64,000 nt of DNA from Cyanobacteriota bacterium (GTDB lineage Bacteria; Cyanobacteriota; Cyanobacteriia; PCC-6307; Cyanobiaceae), in the NCBI GenBank assembly GCA_026389265.1, contig JAPLIE010000174.1:23568-87567 (forward strand). Direction: 5' to 3'. A program made the translations under genes and the position numbers. Numbering within the stretch: position 1 is the first letter of the stretch; the number at the start of each line of letters is the position of its first letter. Under the pieces are notes generated by a model. That model was not told the DNA's origin and did no database searches. It worked only from the letters and a program-made list of their open reading frames with translations. This document shows, piece after piece, positions 54,281-63,101 of the stretch.

Positions 54281-57200
54281 ATGCAGAGGCGCACCTACGG
54301 CATCTTGGCTGCTGGGGTGATCGCCACCGCTGTGGTTGCGGTGATCGTCAACCAGTCCGCCCGGTTGCGGGAAGCGGCCCAACAGCGACAGCGGCTTGAA
54401 CAGGCCGCCGAACGCCTCTGCCGGGCCCTGGAGTCCTCCCAGCTGTTGTTCCTCCAGGTCTCTGCCGGCACAGGCGAAGCTCGGCAGGGCAGCAGCCAAA
54501 TCGGCCAATTAGGCGCCTTTGAGTCCATGGGTCTGAGCCAGGCCCCGCCGGCCGCCGGCCCGGGGCGGGAGCCCAGGATCGATTCCGCCATCGCCCCCGG
54601 AGCCAGCGCTGTCCCGGCGACAGTCCGCGCGGCCGGAGGGGATGGGAAAGCGGGAGAACGACCAGCCGAGCCGGACATCATCTGCTTGAGCGACAACCGC
54701 CCACCCCAGGTGCGCGTCCTGGCGGATCCGGTTCACCGCAACCTGCTGTGGCTGGCCCCGGTCCCGGAGCCGGGCCAGGGCCCGTCACCCTGGCTGCAAC
54801 TGAACCTTGAGCGCACCCTCGGGCACGAGGCCGGATTCAGCCTCATCCCCCTGAAACAGGGAGCCCCGCCGCCGCTGAACCTGGAGTGGTCGCGCCGGTT
54901 GCGCTTCGATGGTCAGAGCCTGTTGCTGCTCGAAACAACCGACGACCACCAAGGGAATGGGGAGAGCGACCCGCTCACTCGGGCGCTCGTTTGGCCCCTG
55001 GGAGGTCTGCTGATGATCCTGAGCGGCCTGTTGGCCTACCGGTCGGAACGACAGGCCCGCCGCCAGCACCAGATCCTCAACCGCCTCTGGCAGGACCGCC
55101 AGACCGGCCTGCTCTCCCGCTCCGCCCTCGAGCATGACCTTGAGGATCCGGCCCTGCTGAAGTCAGCTGGGGATGGCCCACCCTGCCTCCTCATCATCGT
55201 GACCCTGAGGCTGCTGGAACGCCAGCGGGCCTTCCTGCCCGACGAGGAGATCGCCCAGCTTTTCCAGGCGGCCTGCCAGGCCGTGAAGCACCATCCGGGC
55301 TCCGGCCCGCGGGTGCGCTGTTACCGGGCCTCGGAGTCGCGCCTGGCGGCCATCCTCACCCGTTGCGGCGATGGCCCGGGCCGGCAGGTGATGGGGGGCC
55401 AGGAGCCGGATCCCGATCAGGACCGGCAGCTGCTGCGCGAGCTCCAGAGCAACGTGAGTGCCGCCATTCAGAAGCAGTTCCAGGGGCTGCTACGCGACGA
55501 CGACATCGTGGTCACCGGCCAGCGGCTGCGGCTGGGGACCGGAGGGGCCACCATCCTCCAGAGCCATGGCTTCGGGGAGATCGTGGCCGCCGAAGCCGGA
55601 TCGAACATCCGCCTGATCGAGGCCAGCGACGCCAGCCAGGTGCGCCAGGCCAGTGCCATCCGCGACGCCCTGCGCCAACTCCGCAGCGAGGACATCGATC
55701 TGCACGTGCAGCCCATCCTGCTGCTCGCCAATCCCGGCCAGTTCGGGCTTGAGGTGCTGATCCGATTCCGCACGCCGCTGTTGCAGAAGCAGCCGACCGG
55801 GGAACTGATCCGCATCGCCCATGAACTGGGCATCACCCACCAGATCGATGCCCTGGTGATCGCCCGGGTGGCCGACCTGCAGCGAAGCCTGGAGGCAACT
55901 CCTTTGCTGCGCCAGCGAATCGATTACCTCTCGATGAACATCAGCATTGATTCGATCGCCAGCCCCAGTCGTCTCAACCAACTGATCGCTTGTCTGGGCG
56001 ACCACAAGATCGACAGTTCGCGCATCTGCCTTGAACTCACGGAAACCCCCGGCCGGGGCCAGCACAGGGACAGCGTGAATGCCGCCTCGGAACGGCTGAT
56101 CAAGGAGCTCAACTTCCGGATCCTGATCGATGACTTCGGCTCGGGTCTCTCCAATTACCAGCGCATCTGCGCCGCCTGGTACGACACCATCAAGCTCGAC
56201 ATCGATCTGGTGAGCGGGCTCGGGGATTCCTTCCGCATGCAGCGCTATCTCGGGTCCTTCATCGACACGGTGCATGCCCTGGGCAAAACCGTGGTAGCCG
56301 AGGGCGTGGACGACCATGGTGACCTCGCCGCAGCGATCCGGCTGGGCACGGACGGGCTGCAGGGCTACCTGATCGCCCGGCCGATGGAGTGGAAGGCCGT
56401 CGCCGGCTTCCTCACCGACTCCCCCTGGAGTTCAGCCGAGGCGATCGAGGCGATGGTGACCAAGCTCCGCTCCTCCGACCGCCTGCTGGAGGCCCCGGTG
56501 CCGGGCGCTGATGGCAGCGGCGGCGTGCCCCTGGAGCGCTACATCCTCGACAAATGGTTCGAGTTGCGCAGCTTCGAGGAATTCCTGCTGCTGTTCGTGA
56601 ACGAACTCAAGAGTTGGGGCCTCGATATCCTGAGGCTCTCCCTGGCCTTCCTGCCGGATGATGCTGACATCGATTGCAGTCAGTATGTCTGGCATCAAAA
56701 CAAGCCTGGTGAGGTCACCACCCTGCGTATGGACCGCTCCTTTCTCGAGCGCGAGGAGCACCTGGCCAGCCCGCTCCACCACATTGCCACCAAGGTTCAG
56801 CTCTACCGCCAGCGGCTGGGCAGCCAGCGGCAGGTGCTGTTCCCATTCCTAGAGAAACTGAAGGAGGAGAACTGCAACGACTATCTCGGACTGCGGCTCG
56901 ATTCGCGCGGCATCTCGATCCCGGTTCTCACCATCGCCCTTCGGGGTGAGAGCAGCTTCAGCGATGAGCAAATCCAGAGGATCTGTTCGATGAGCAGCCT
57001 GCTCAGCCTGCTCTTCTACACCTTCGAGAGTGAGCGGGCCAAACGCCTGGCCCTGCTCGATCCCCTCACCAACGTGCCGAACCGGCGCAGCTTCGATTCC
57101 TTCCTCAGGTCCCTGGTCAACGCCGCCAGGCTGAACAACGGCAGCCTGGCCCTGGCCCTGGTCGACATCGACGGTTTCAAGCAGGTGAACGACACCCTCG

Positions 57201-57568
57201 GCCACGCTTATGGCGATGCCTGCTTGAAGGAGGTGGCCACGATCCTCAATTCCGAACAGTGCCGCAGCAGCGATGTGGTGGCCCGGCTGGGCGGTGAGGA
57301 GTTTGCCCTGATCCTGCCCAACATCAACGGCCCCGAGGCCCTGAGGATCTGCGAACGGCTGCGGGAGACGGTGCAGCAAGCCCGGGTGCCCGGCCCCGAC
57401 GGTGGCGAGGGCATGCCCCTCTCGGTGAGCTTCGGGGTGGCGCTGTGGGATCCGGAGGCGTTTCCGGAGTGTGATGGCGACCAACTGCAGCAGCTCGCCG
57501 ATGACTGCCTGCACGAGGCCAAACGCCAGGGCTGCAACCGGGTGGTGGGTCGGCAGGCCGCCGGCTGA
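54281..57568 (+). CDS. Membrane-anchored c-di-GMP enzyme: degenerate GGDEF - EAL - GAF-like - GGDEF
   Basis: QPI...GLEVLIRF; LIDDFGSG; IKLD; VAEGV; QGYL (EAL). DPLTNVPNRR...DIDGFKQVNDTLGHAYGD...RSSDVVARLGGEEF (GGDEF with RxxD I-site). Confidence 0.92.
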   Translation: MQRRTYGILAAGVIATAVVAVIVNQSARLREAAQQRQRLEQAAERLCRALESSQLLFLQVSAGTGEARQGSSQIGQLGAFESMGLSQAPPAAGPGREPRIDSAIAPGASAVPATVRAAGGDGKAGERPAEPDIICLSDNRPPQVRVLADPVHRNLLWLAPVPEPGQGPSPWLQLNLERTLGHEAGFSLIPLKQGAPPPLNLEWSRRLRFDGQSLLLLETTDDHQGNGESDPLTRALVWPLGGLLMILSGLLAYRSERQARRQHQILNRLWQDRQTGLLSRSALEHDLEDPALLKSAGDGPPCLLIIVTLRLLERQRAFLPDEEIAQLFQAACQAVKHHPGSGPRVRCYRASESRLAAILTRCGDGPGRQVMGGQEPDPDQDRQLLRELQSNVSAAIQKQFQGLLRDDDIVVTGQRLRLGTGGATILQSHGFGEIVAAEAGSNIRLIEASDASQVRQASAIRDALRQLRSEDIDLHVQPILLLANPGQFGLEVLIRFRTPLLQKQPTGELIRIAHELGITHQIDALVIARVADLQRSLEATPLLRQRIDYLSMNISIDSIASPSRLNQLIACLGDHKIDSSRICLELTETPGRGQHRDSVNAASERLIKELNFRILIDDFGSGLSNYQRICAAWYDTIKLDIDLVSGLGDSFRMQRYLGSFIDTVHALGKTVVAEGVDDHGDLAAAIRLGTDGLQGYLIARPMEWKAVAGFLTDSPWSSAEAIEAMVTKLRSSDRLLEAPVPGADGSGGVPLERYILDKWFELRSFEEFLLLFVNELKSWGLDILRLSLAFLPDDADIDCSQYVWHQNKPGEVTTLRMDRSFLEREEHLASPLHHIATKVQLYRQRLGSQRQVLFPFLEKLKEENCNDYLGLRLDSRGISIPVLTIALRGESSFSDEQIQRICSMSSLLSLLFYTFESERAKRLALLDPLTNVPNRRSFDSFLRSLVNAARLNNGSLALALVDIDGFKQVNDTLGHAYGDACLKEVATILNSEQCRSSDVVARLGGEEFALILPNINGPEALRICERLRETVQQARVPGPDGGEGMPLSVSFGVALWDPEAFPECDGDQLQQLADDCLHEAKRQGCNRVVGRQAAG

Positions 57569-59128
57569 TCAGGCCCTCTGCAGCAACCGCCGCCGCACCC
57601 GGTCGCTGAGCTCCTCCCCCAGCAGGGTGAGCAGGGCATACACGGCCACCAAGGCCAGCAGTTGGTCCCAGGCGAAGCTGCTGAGGCTCTCCAGCAGCTG
57701 GCTGCCCAGGCCCGTGGCCCCCACCAAGCCCACCACCACGGTTTCGCGCAGCAGCACATCGGCGCGATAGGCGCCATAGGCGAGATAGGAGCGTGCGATC
57801 GCCGGATAGCGCCCATAAAGCAGGGCCAGTCGCGGCCCGATGCCACCGCTGGCGAGGGCCTGCTCTACGGCGGGCGTCGTATCGGCCAGGGCCTCGGCCA
57901 GCAGGCGGCCCAGGATGCCGGCGTTGTGCAGGCCCAGAGCCAGGGCCGCGGTCACCACCCCCGGCTGCAGCAACAGCAGCAGCAGCAGGGCCGTGAGCGG
58001 TGGCGGCCAGAGTCGGGCCAGGGCCCAGGAGAGCCGCACCAGCAGGCGGGCCGGCGGCCAGGGGGCGCTCACCAGCAGCTGCAGGGGCGGCAGTCCCACC
58101 GCCAGAACCGCCGCCAGCAGGGTGAGGGCAAGGGTGCCGCCAATCAGGGCAGGCCAGGGCAGGGCCAGCAACTGGCCGCCATCAATCCAGCCACTGCCAC
58201 CCATCCCCTGCAACGGCTGCCAGGCCAGCAGGGAGCGGGGATCCACCCCCAGCGCCCAGCCGACCCCGATGCTCAGCGGCAACAGGGCGGCCACGGCCAG
58301 CACCATCTCCCGCGCCCGCACCCCCACCCCGGCCCGGCCCTGACCGGCCCGGCCCTGACCGGCCCGGCCCAGACCGAGCCGGCGGGGCATCAGCCAGCGG
58401 CGCCGCAGCCGCCCCAGACCTGTTTCCAGGGCCAGCATCACGGCCAGCAGCAGCCAGAGCCCCGTCCACAGTTCGTGGAATTCCAGCGACTGCAGCGTGA
58501 GCTTGAGGTCGGTGCCGAGGCCGCCGAGGCCGAACACCCCAAGCAAGGTGGCACTCCGCAGGGCGCACTCCAGCCGGTAGCCGCCGTAGCTGAGCAGCCC
58601 CGGCAGCAGCGGCGGGCCCAGGGCGGTGAACAGGGCCGCTGGGGCCGGGGCGCCGGCGAGCCGCAGGGCCTCAAGGCGGCCAGTGTCGAGCCCGTCGAGC
58701 AGGTCGGCCACCACCCGGGCCACCAGGGCGCCAAAGGGAATGGCGATCGCCACCACCGCCACCACCGGCTGGAGCCCCACCAGCTGCAGCAGCAGCAGGC
58801 CCCAGAGCAGCTCATGGATGGCGCGGGGAATCGCCAGCAGGCGCCGGATCAGTCCTGCCGGCCAAAGCTGGCCCCAGCAGCTATGCCAGATCGTGCGGGA
58901 GCTGGCCAGTCCCAGCACCACACCCAGCACCAGGCTGGCGGCCCAGCCCAGTAGGGCCATGCCCACGGTGGTGGCCAGGCCGGTGAGGGCCGAACGGAGC
59001 ACCAGCGGATCGAGCGAGGGCGTGAAGGCTGCATGGGCGAACTGGCCGAGCAGATCGAGGCCACCGCCATGGGCCAGAAAGGGCAGGATCCCGAGCAGCG
59101 GCAGCAGCACCAGGGAGGGCAGCAGCAC
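57569..59128 (-). CDS. phnE: Phosphonate/phosphite ABC transporter permease (double PhnE-type domain)
   Basis: RAIHELLWGLL...YRLECALRSATLLGVFGLGGLG; second repeat ETVVVGLVGATGLG. Confidence 0.9.
   Translation of the reverse strand: MLLPSLVLLPLLGILPFLAHGGGLDLLGQFAHAAFTPSLDPLVLRSALTGLATTVGMALLGWAASLVLGVVLGLASSRTIWHSCWGQLWPAGLIRRLLAIPRAIHELLWGLLLLQLVGLQPVVAVVAIAIPFGALVARVVADLLDGLDTGRLEALRLAGAPAPAALFTALGPPLLPGLLSYGGYRLECALRSATLLGVFGLGGLGTDLKLTLQSLEFHELWTGLWLLLAVMLALETGLGRLRRRWLMPRRLGLGRAGQGRAGQGRAGVGVRAREMVLAVAALLPLSIGVGWALGVDPRSLLAWQPLQGMGGSGWIDGGQLLALPWPALIGGTLALTLLAAVLAVGLPPLQLLVSAPWPPARLLVRLSWALARLWPPPLTALLLLLLLQPGVVTAALALGLHNAGILGRLLAEALADTTPAVEQALASGGIGPRLALLYGRYPAIARSYLAYGAYRADVLLRETVVVGLVGATGLGSQLLESLSSFAWDQLLALVAVYALLTLLGEELSDRVRRRLLQRA
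58329..58374. repeat. 3 x 15-bp repeat encoding GRAGQ linker inside phnE
   Basis: ccggcccggccctga ccggcccggccctga ccggcccggcccaga. Confidence 0.8.
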
Positions 59129-60129
59129 CAGCAGGGGGGCGGCCGGCCGCAGCAGAATTCCTCGCCCTGCTCCCCCGTTATGCCCGCTGGCCGCGCCCTC
59201 CAGCGCTTGGGCCTCGCCGCCGCCGACGCCGGTAATTGGTCCAGGGCGGCCCAGAGCGGGCCCGCTCCTGCGGTTCGTGCCGGCTCGCCCGATTGGTCGT
59301 CGCTTGCGCCATCCGTCTGCCCATCCGTCTCGCGGACCGCCTGGCGGTCCGTCTCGCGGTGCGTCTCGCGGTCCTCCCCGCGGTACAGCTCCTGCAGCCG
59401 CCCCCCCCCTGCCGGCCCCTGAAGGTCGCCCGCGGCGGCATCAAACACCAGCCGGCCCGCCCGCAGGCCGATCACCCGATCAAAGCCCGCCAGCAGATCG
59501 GGGCGGTGCAGGCTGAGCAGCAGGGCCCGGGGCGGGGTCGCCTCCGCCAGCAACAAGGCCAACAGGGAGGCGGCCAGGCGCGGATCGAGGCTGGCCAGGG
59601 GTTCATCGGCCAGCAGCAGGGTGGGGTCCTGGCGCAGCAGGCGGGCGATCGCCACCCGCTGGCGCTGACCGCCGGAGAGGGCCGCCACCGGTTGGCCCAG
59701 TAGCTCCGGGGCCAGATCCACCCGGGCCAGCACCGCGGCGTTGGCGGCGGTGTCGAGGGGCAGCAGGAGGTTGAGCAGGGCCCGGGGCCAGCCCCAGGCC
59801 GCCAGCCGGCCGGCGTTGAGGTTCTGCTGCACGCTGAGCTCCTCGATCAGGCGCAGGTCCTGCCAGAGGGTGCCGATGCGGGCCTGTTGGCGGCGGCGGG
59901 TCCGTCGGGAGCGAGCGGGGGGTTCGCCCTGCCAGAACACCTCTCCGGAAGTCGGGGCCAGCAGCCCGTTGGCCACCGTGAGCAGGGTGCTCTTGCCGGC
60001 GCCGCTCGGGCCAAGCAGGGCCACACGCTCGCCGGGCTCGATCACCAGGTTCACCCCTTCCAGCCTCGGCACACCGCCGCGGCCGGCCACGCTCACCCGC
60101 CGCAACTCCAGCAGCGGCGCCGCGGCCAT
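58849..60129 (-). CDS. phnC: Phosphonate ABC transporter ATP-binding protein with long low-complexity C-terminal run-on
   Basis: ATG at 60129 overlaps the phnD stop (TGATG); GPSGAGKS; LSGGQRQRVAIAR; LLADEP. Conserved part ends ~59380; true end uncertain. Confidence 0.85.
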   Translation of the reverse strand: MAAAPLLELRRVSVAGRGGVPRLEGVNLVIEPGERVALLGPSGAGKSTLLTVANGLLAPTSGEVFWQGEPPARSRRTRRRQQARIGTLWQDLRLIEELSVQQNLNAGRLAAWGWPRALLNLLLPLDTAANAAVLARVDLAPELLGQPVAALSGGQRQRVAIARLLRQDPTLLLADEPLASLDPRLAASLLALLLAEATPPRALLLSLHRPDLLAGFDRVIGLRAGRLVFDAAAGDLQGPAGGGRLQELYRGEDRETHRETDRQAVRETDGQTDGASDDQSGEPARTAGAGPLWAALDQLPASAAARPKRWRARPAGITGEQGEEFCCGRPPPCWCCCPPWCCCRCSGSCPFWPMAVASICSASSPMQPSRPRSIRWCSVRPSPAWPPPWAWPYWAGPPAWCWVWCWDWPAPARSGIAAGASFGRQD

Positions 60130-61118
60130 CAACGGATCTTGCCGATCTGGCGCCCCACCTGCTCGATGCGGCCATAGGCGGCGGCATCGGCCTCGGTGAA
60201 CTGCTGCGCCCCGAACAGGGCCAGGATCTGCTTCTGCTGAGGATCGCTGGGCCGCCAGGCCAGGATCGCCCGCTGCAGCTTGGTGGTGAAGCCCTTGCCG
60301 AAGCGGGCGTCCAGGTCGCCCTGGGCGATCCAGTGGTAGTCGGGGTAGCCGGGACTCTTCCAGATCGGGATCACCTTCTCGCGGCTGGCCTTGCCGTCGT
60401 GGAGGCTGGTGCGCCACACCTGCTCGTTCACCACACCGGCGTCGTAGGCCCCGCTCGACACCAGGGCGATGGTGGTGTCGTGGCTGCCGCTGAAGCCGGG
60501 GGCGCCGCCCTTGAAATCGCTGAGCTTCACGCCGGCCTGGGAGAGGAACCACTGCGGCATCAGCCGGCCGGAGGTGGAACTCTCCGAGCCGAAGGTGAAG
60601 CGCCTGCCCTTGAGTTCCACCAGGTCCTTCTGCTGGCTGATCGGCTTGATGCCGCTGCGGGCATTGGCGATGAAGATGCTGTGGAAGTTCACGTCGATGT
60701 CGCGCTGGGCGATCACCCGGGCGCCGGGCTTCTGCAGGCGGGCCTGCACGCCGGTGAGACCGCCGAACCACACCAGATCAATGTTGCCGGTGCGGAAGGC
60801 GCTCACGGCGGCGGCGTAATCCACCACCGGCACATAGGCCACCTTCACTCCAAGCTGCCTGCTGAGCTCAGAGGCCACGAGCGGGTAGAGGCGGTTGAGT
60901 TTCTCGGGCTTCTGGTCGGGGATGGCGCCGATGCGCAGCACCGGCTGGGAGGTGGGCTGCTGGGCACCGGCCGGCGCCGGGGCGAGCAGGCGGGCCAGCG
61001 GGCCGGCGGGCAGCGTGGGCGCCAGCAGCGGGCTGGTCAGCAGGCCGATCAGGCCGAAAACGACACGGCGTCGGGCCGTGCCGGGCCCACGCCGGAAGGG
61101 GGACAAGGGAGAGGGCAT
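60129..61118 (-). CDS. phnD: Phosphonate/phosphite-type ABC substrate-binding protein (PhnD family)
   Basis: LRIGAIPDQ...DLVWFGGLTGVQAR...FTFGSESSTSGRLMP...GFSGSHD...YPDYHW; start taken at MPSPL. Confidence 0.92.
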   Translation of the reverse strand: MPSPLSPFRRGPGTARRRVVFGLIGLLTSPLLAPTLPAGPLARLLAPAPAGAQQPTSQPVLRIGAIPDQKPEKLNRLYPLVASELSRQLGVKVAYVPVVDYAAAVSAFRTGNIDLVWFGGLTGVQARLQKPGARVIAQRDIDVNFHSIFIANARSGIKPISQQKDLVELKGRRFTFGSESSTSGRLMPQWFLSQAGVKLSDFKGGAPGFSGSHDTTIALVSSGAYDAGVVNEQVWRTSLHDGKASREKVIPIWKSPGYPDYHWIAQGDLDARFGKGFTTKLQRAILAWRPSDPQQKQILALFGAQQFTEADAAAYGRIEQVGRQIGKIR

Positions 61119-61151
61119 CGGGATGGGGCAGGGAGAGGCACCACAGCTGGA

Positions 61152-61172
61152 GGCAGGCAGGCAGGCAGGCAG
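61152..61172. repeat. (GGCA)5 simple sequence repeat upstream of phnD
   Basis: ggcaggcaggcaggcaggcag read directly. Confidence 0.85.
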
Positions 61173-61379
61173 CGACCCAGCCACAGCAGGTGCTGCCCAT
61201 CTTGAATCAATGCACTGGGCCTGGGTCCCTTCGCCCGTCTGATGCAGGCTCCCGGCGGGCTCAGGAACCTGGAGCCCCCATCGCAGCGACCTGCGCTCGA
61301 CGCTGTGTCGTATCCATCACAGCAGCGGCGTGGTGAGACACAACCCCTCGCTGTCACCAGGAATAATCTGACCACAGTT

Positions 61380-63035
61380 ATGCCGGACTTTATGGACGCC
61401 ATCTTTCAGAAATTGAAGGACCTCGTTCTTGAGGCTGAAAGGGATCCGGAGCGCGACACTGGCGAAGCGGCAGTGATCCTGTTGCGACAGTGGCTCGACA
61501 CCAACACCGAGACCCTGCTGAGCAAGAAGGGGCTTGGCGAATACAACGGCACGATGATGCAGTGGTTCCACTGGTACATCCCCGCCGACGGGGAGCACTG
61601 GAACCGGCTGCGCAGCGAGGCGCCGGCCTTGGCCAAAGCTGGCATCACCGGGCTTTGGCTGCCACCTGCCAACAAGGGCATCGGAGGTGCCAACGATGTG
61701 GGCTATGGCACCTACGACCTGTTCGACCTCGGCGAGTTCGATCAAAAGGGCACCGTGCGTACCAAGTACGGCACCAAGAATGAGTATCTGGCGGCCGTGA
61801 AGGAGTGTCGGGATCTGGGTCTTCAGGTGTACGCCGATACCGTGTTCAACCACAAGATGGCCGCGGACTTCGAGGAGGATTTCGAAGCCATTCCCTTCGA
61901 TCCATCCAACCGCTACAACGACCTCGGCGATGCCCGCACGATCCGATCCTGGACGGGTTTCAACTTCCCGGGCCGTAACAAGCAGCACTCCAGCATGGAC
62001 TGGCACTGGTGGCACTTCGATTCGGTGGACTACAACAGCCTCGATCCTGGCTTCAAGGCGATCTGGAGGATGAGGGACAAGCAGTTCGAAGGCAATGTGG
62101 ATCTAGAAAGCGGCAACTACGACTACCTGATGGGCTGCGATCTGGACATCAACCATCCGGAGGTACGGGGCGAGCTGAAGCACTGGGGCGAATGGATGCT
62201 TGATCATGTGGGCGTGGACGGCTTCCGCCTCGATGCCATCAAACACATCAACAGCGACTTCTTCAGCGACTGGATCCAGTCCATGGAGAACCATGCCCAG
62301 AGGGACCTCTTCATTGTTGGCGAGTACTGGACCTACGACATCAAGACCCTCAGTTGGTATGCGGGCCATACAGCGGGCCGGATGTGCATGTTCGATGCTC
62401 CGCTACACAACAACTTCCATCGCGCCAGCCGCGCCAGTGGCAACTTCGACATGCGCACAATCCTGGATGGCACCCTGATGAAGGAGATGCCACTGCTCGC
62501 CGTCACCCTGGTAGACAACCACGACACCCAACCGCTGCAGGCACTGGAATCGGTGGTGGAAAGCTGGTTCAAACCCCTTGCCTACGCCATCATCTTGCTG
62601 CGGCGGGAGGGCTATCCCTGCATCTTCCACCCCGATTATTACGGCGCTCACTACAAGGACAGAGGGCGTGACGGCAACGAGTACGAGATCTGGCTCGACA
62701 GTCACCGGGCCATCCTCGACAAACTGCTGCTCGCCCGCAACCACTTCGCTTACGGCGATCAGTACGACTACTTCGACCACTACAACACGATCGGCTGGAC
62801 CCGACTCGGCAGCCAGGACCATCCCCATGCTCTGGCCGTGCTGATGAGCGACGGATCCGCCGGCAACAAATGGATGGAGGTGGGCAAGAAGAACACCACG
62901 TTCCGCGATCTCACAGGTCACATCAGCGACCCGATCACCACCAACGCTGACGGCTGGGCCGAATGGCGCTGCAATGGCGGCTCGGTTTCGGTGTGGGCGG
63001 AGGAGGCGGCTCTGGCCCTGGCCATGTCTTCGTGA
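61380..63035 (+). CDS. amyA: Alpha-amylase (GH13, AmyA/Bacillus-type) with short N-terminal extension
   Basis: NGTMMQWFHWY; DVGYGTYDLFDLGEFDQKGTVRTKYGT; GFRLDAIKH; GEYW; VDNHDTQP. Confidence 0.95.
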   Translation: MPDFMDAIFQKLKDLVLEAERDPERDTGEAAVILLRQWLDTNTETLLSKKGLGEYNGTMMQWFHWYIPADGEHWNRLRSEAPALAKAGITGLWLPPANKGIGGANDVGYGTYDLFDLGEFDQKGTVRTKYGTKNEYLAAVKECRDLGLQVYADTVFNHKMAADFEEDFEAIPFDPSNRYNDLGDARTIRSWTGFNFPGRNKQHSSMDWHWWHFDSVDYNSLDPGFKAIWRMRDKQFEGNVDLESGNYDYLMGCDLDINHPEVRGELKHWGEWMLDHVGVDGFRLDAIKHINSDFFSDWIQSMENHAQRDLFIVGEYWTYDIKTLSWYAGHTAGRMCMFDAPLHNNFHRASRASGNFDMRTILDGTLMKEMPLLAVTLVDNHDTQPLQALESVVESWFKPLAYAIILLRREGYPCIFHPDYYGAHYKDRGRDGNEYEIWLDSHRAILDKLLLARNHFAYGDQYDYFDHYNTIGWTRLGSQDHPHALAVLMSDGSAGNKWMEVGKKNTTFRDLTGHISDPITTNADGWAEWRCNGGSVSVWAEEAALALAMSS

Positions 63036-63101
63036 AGCGCCATCAGCCGCACCTGCCATCCTGAAGCGAACCGATGACTGCTGGAATGCCAAGGCCTGAT
63101 G

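Noticed and set aside
58849-60771. 640-aa minus ORF as a single protein
   Set aside because: Its first ~215 aa are an alternative frame of phnD; the ABC ATPase begins at ATG 60129, coupled to the phnD stop.
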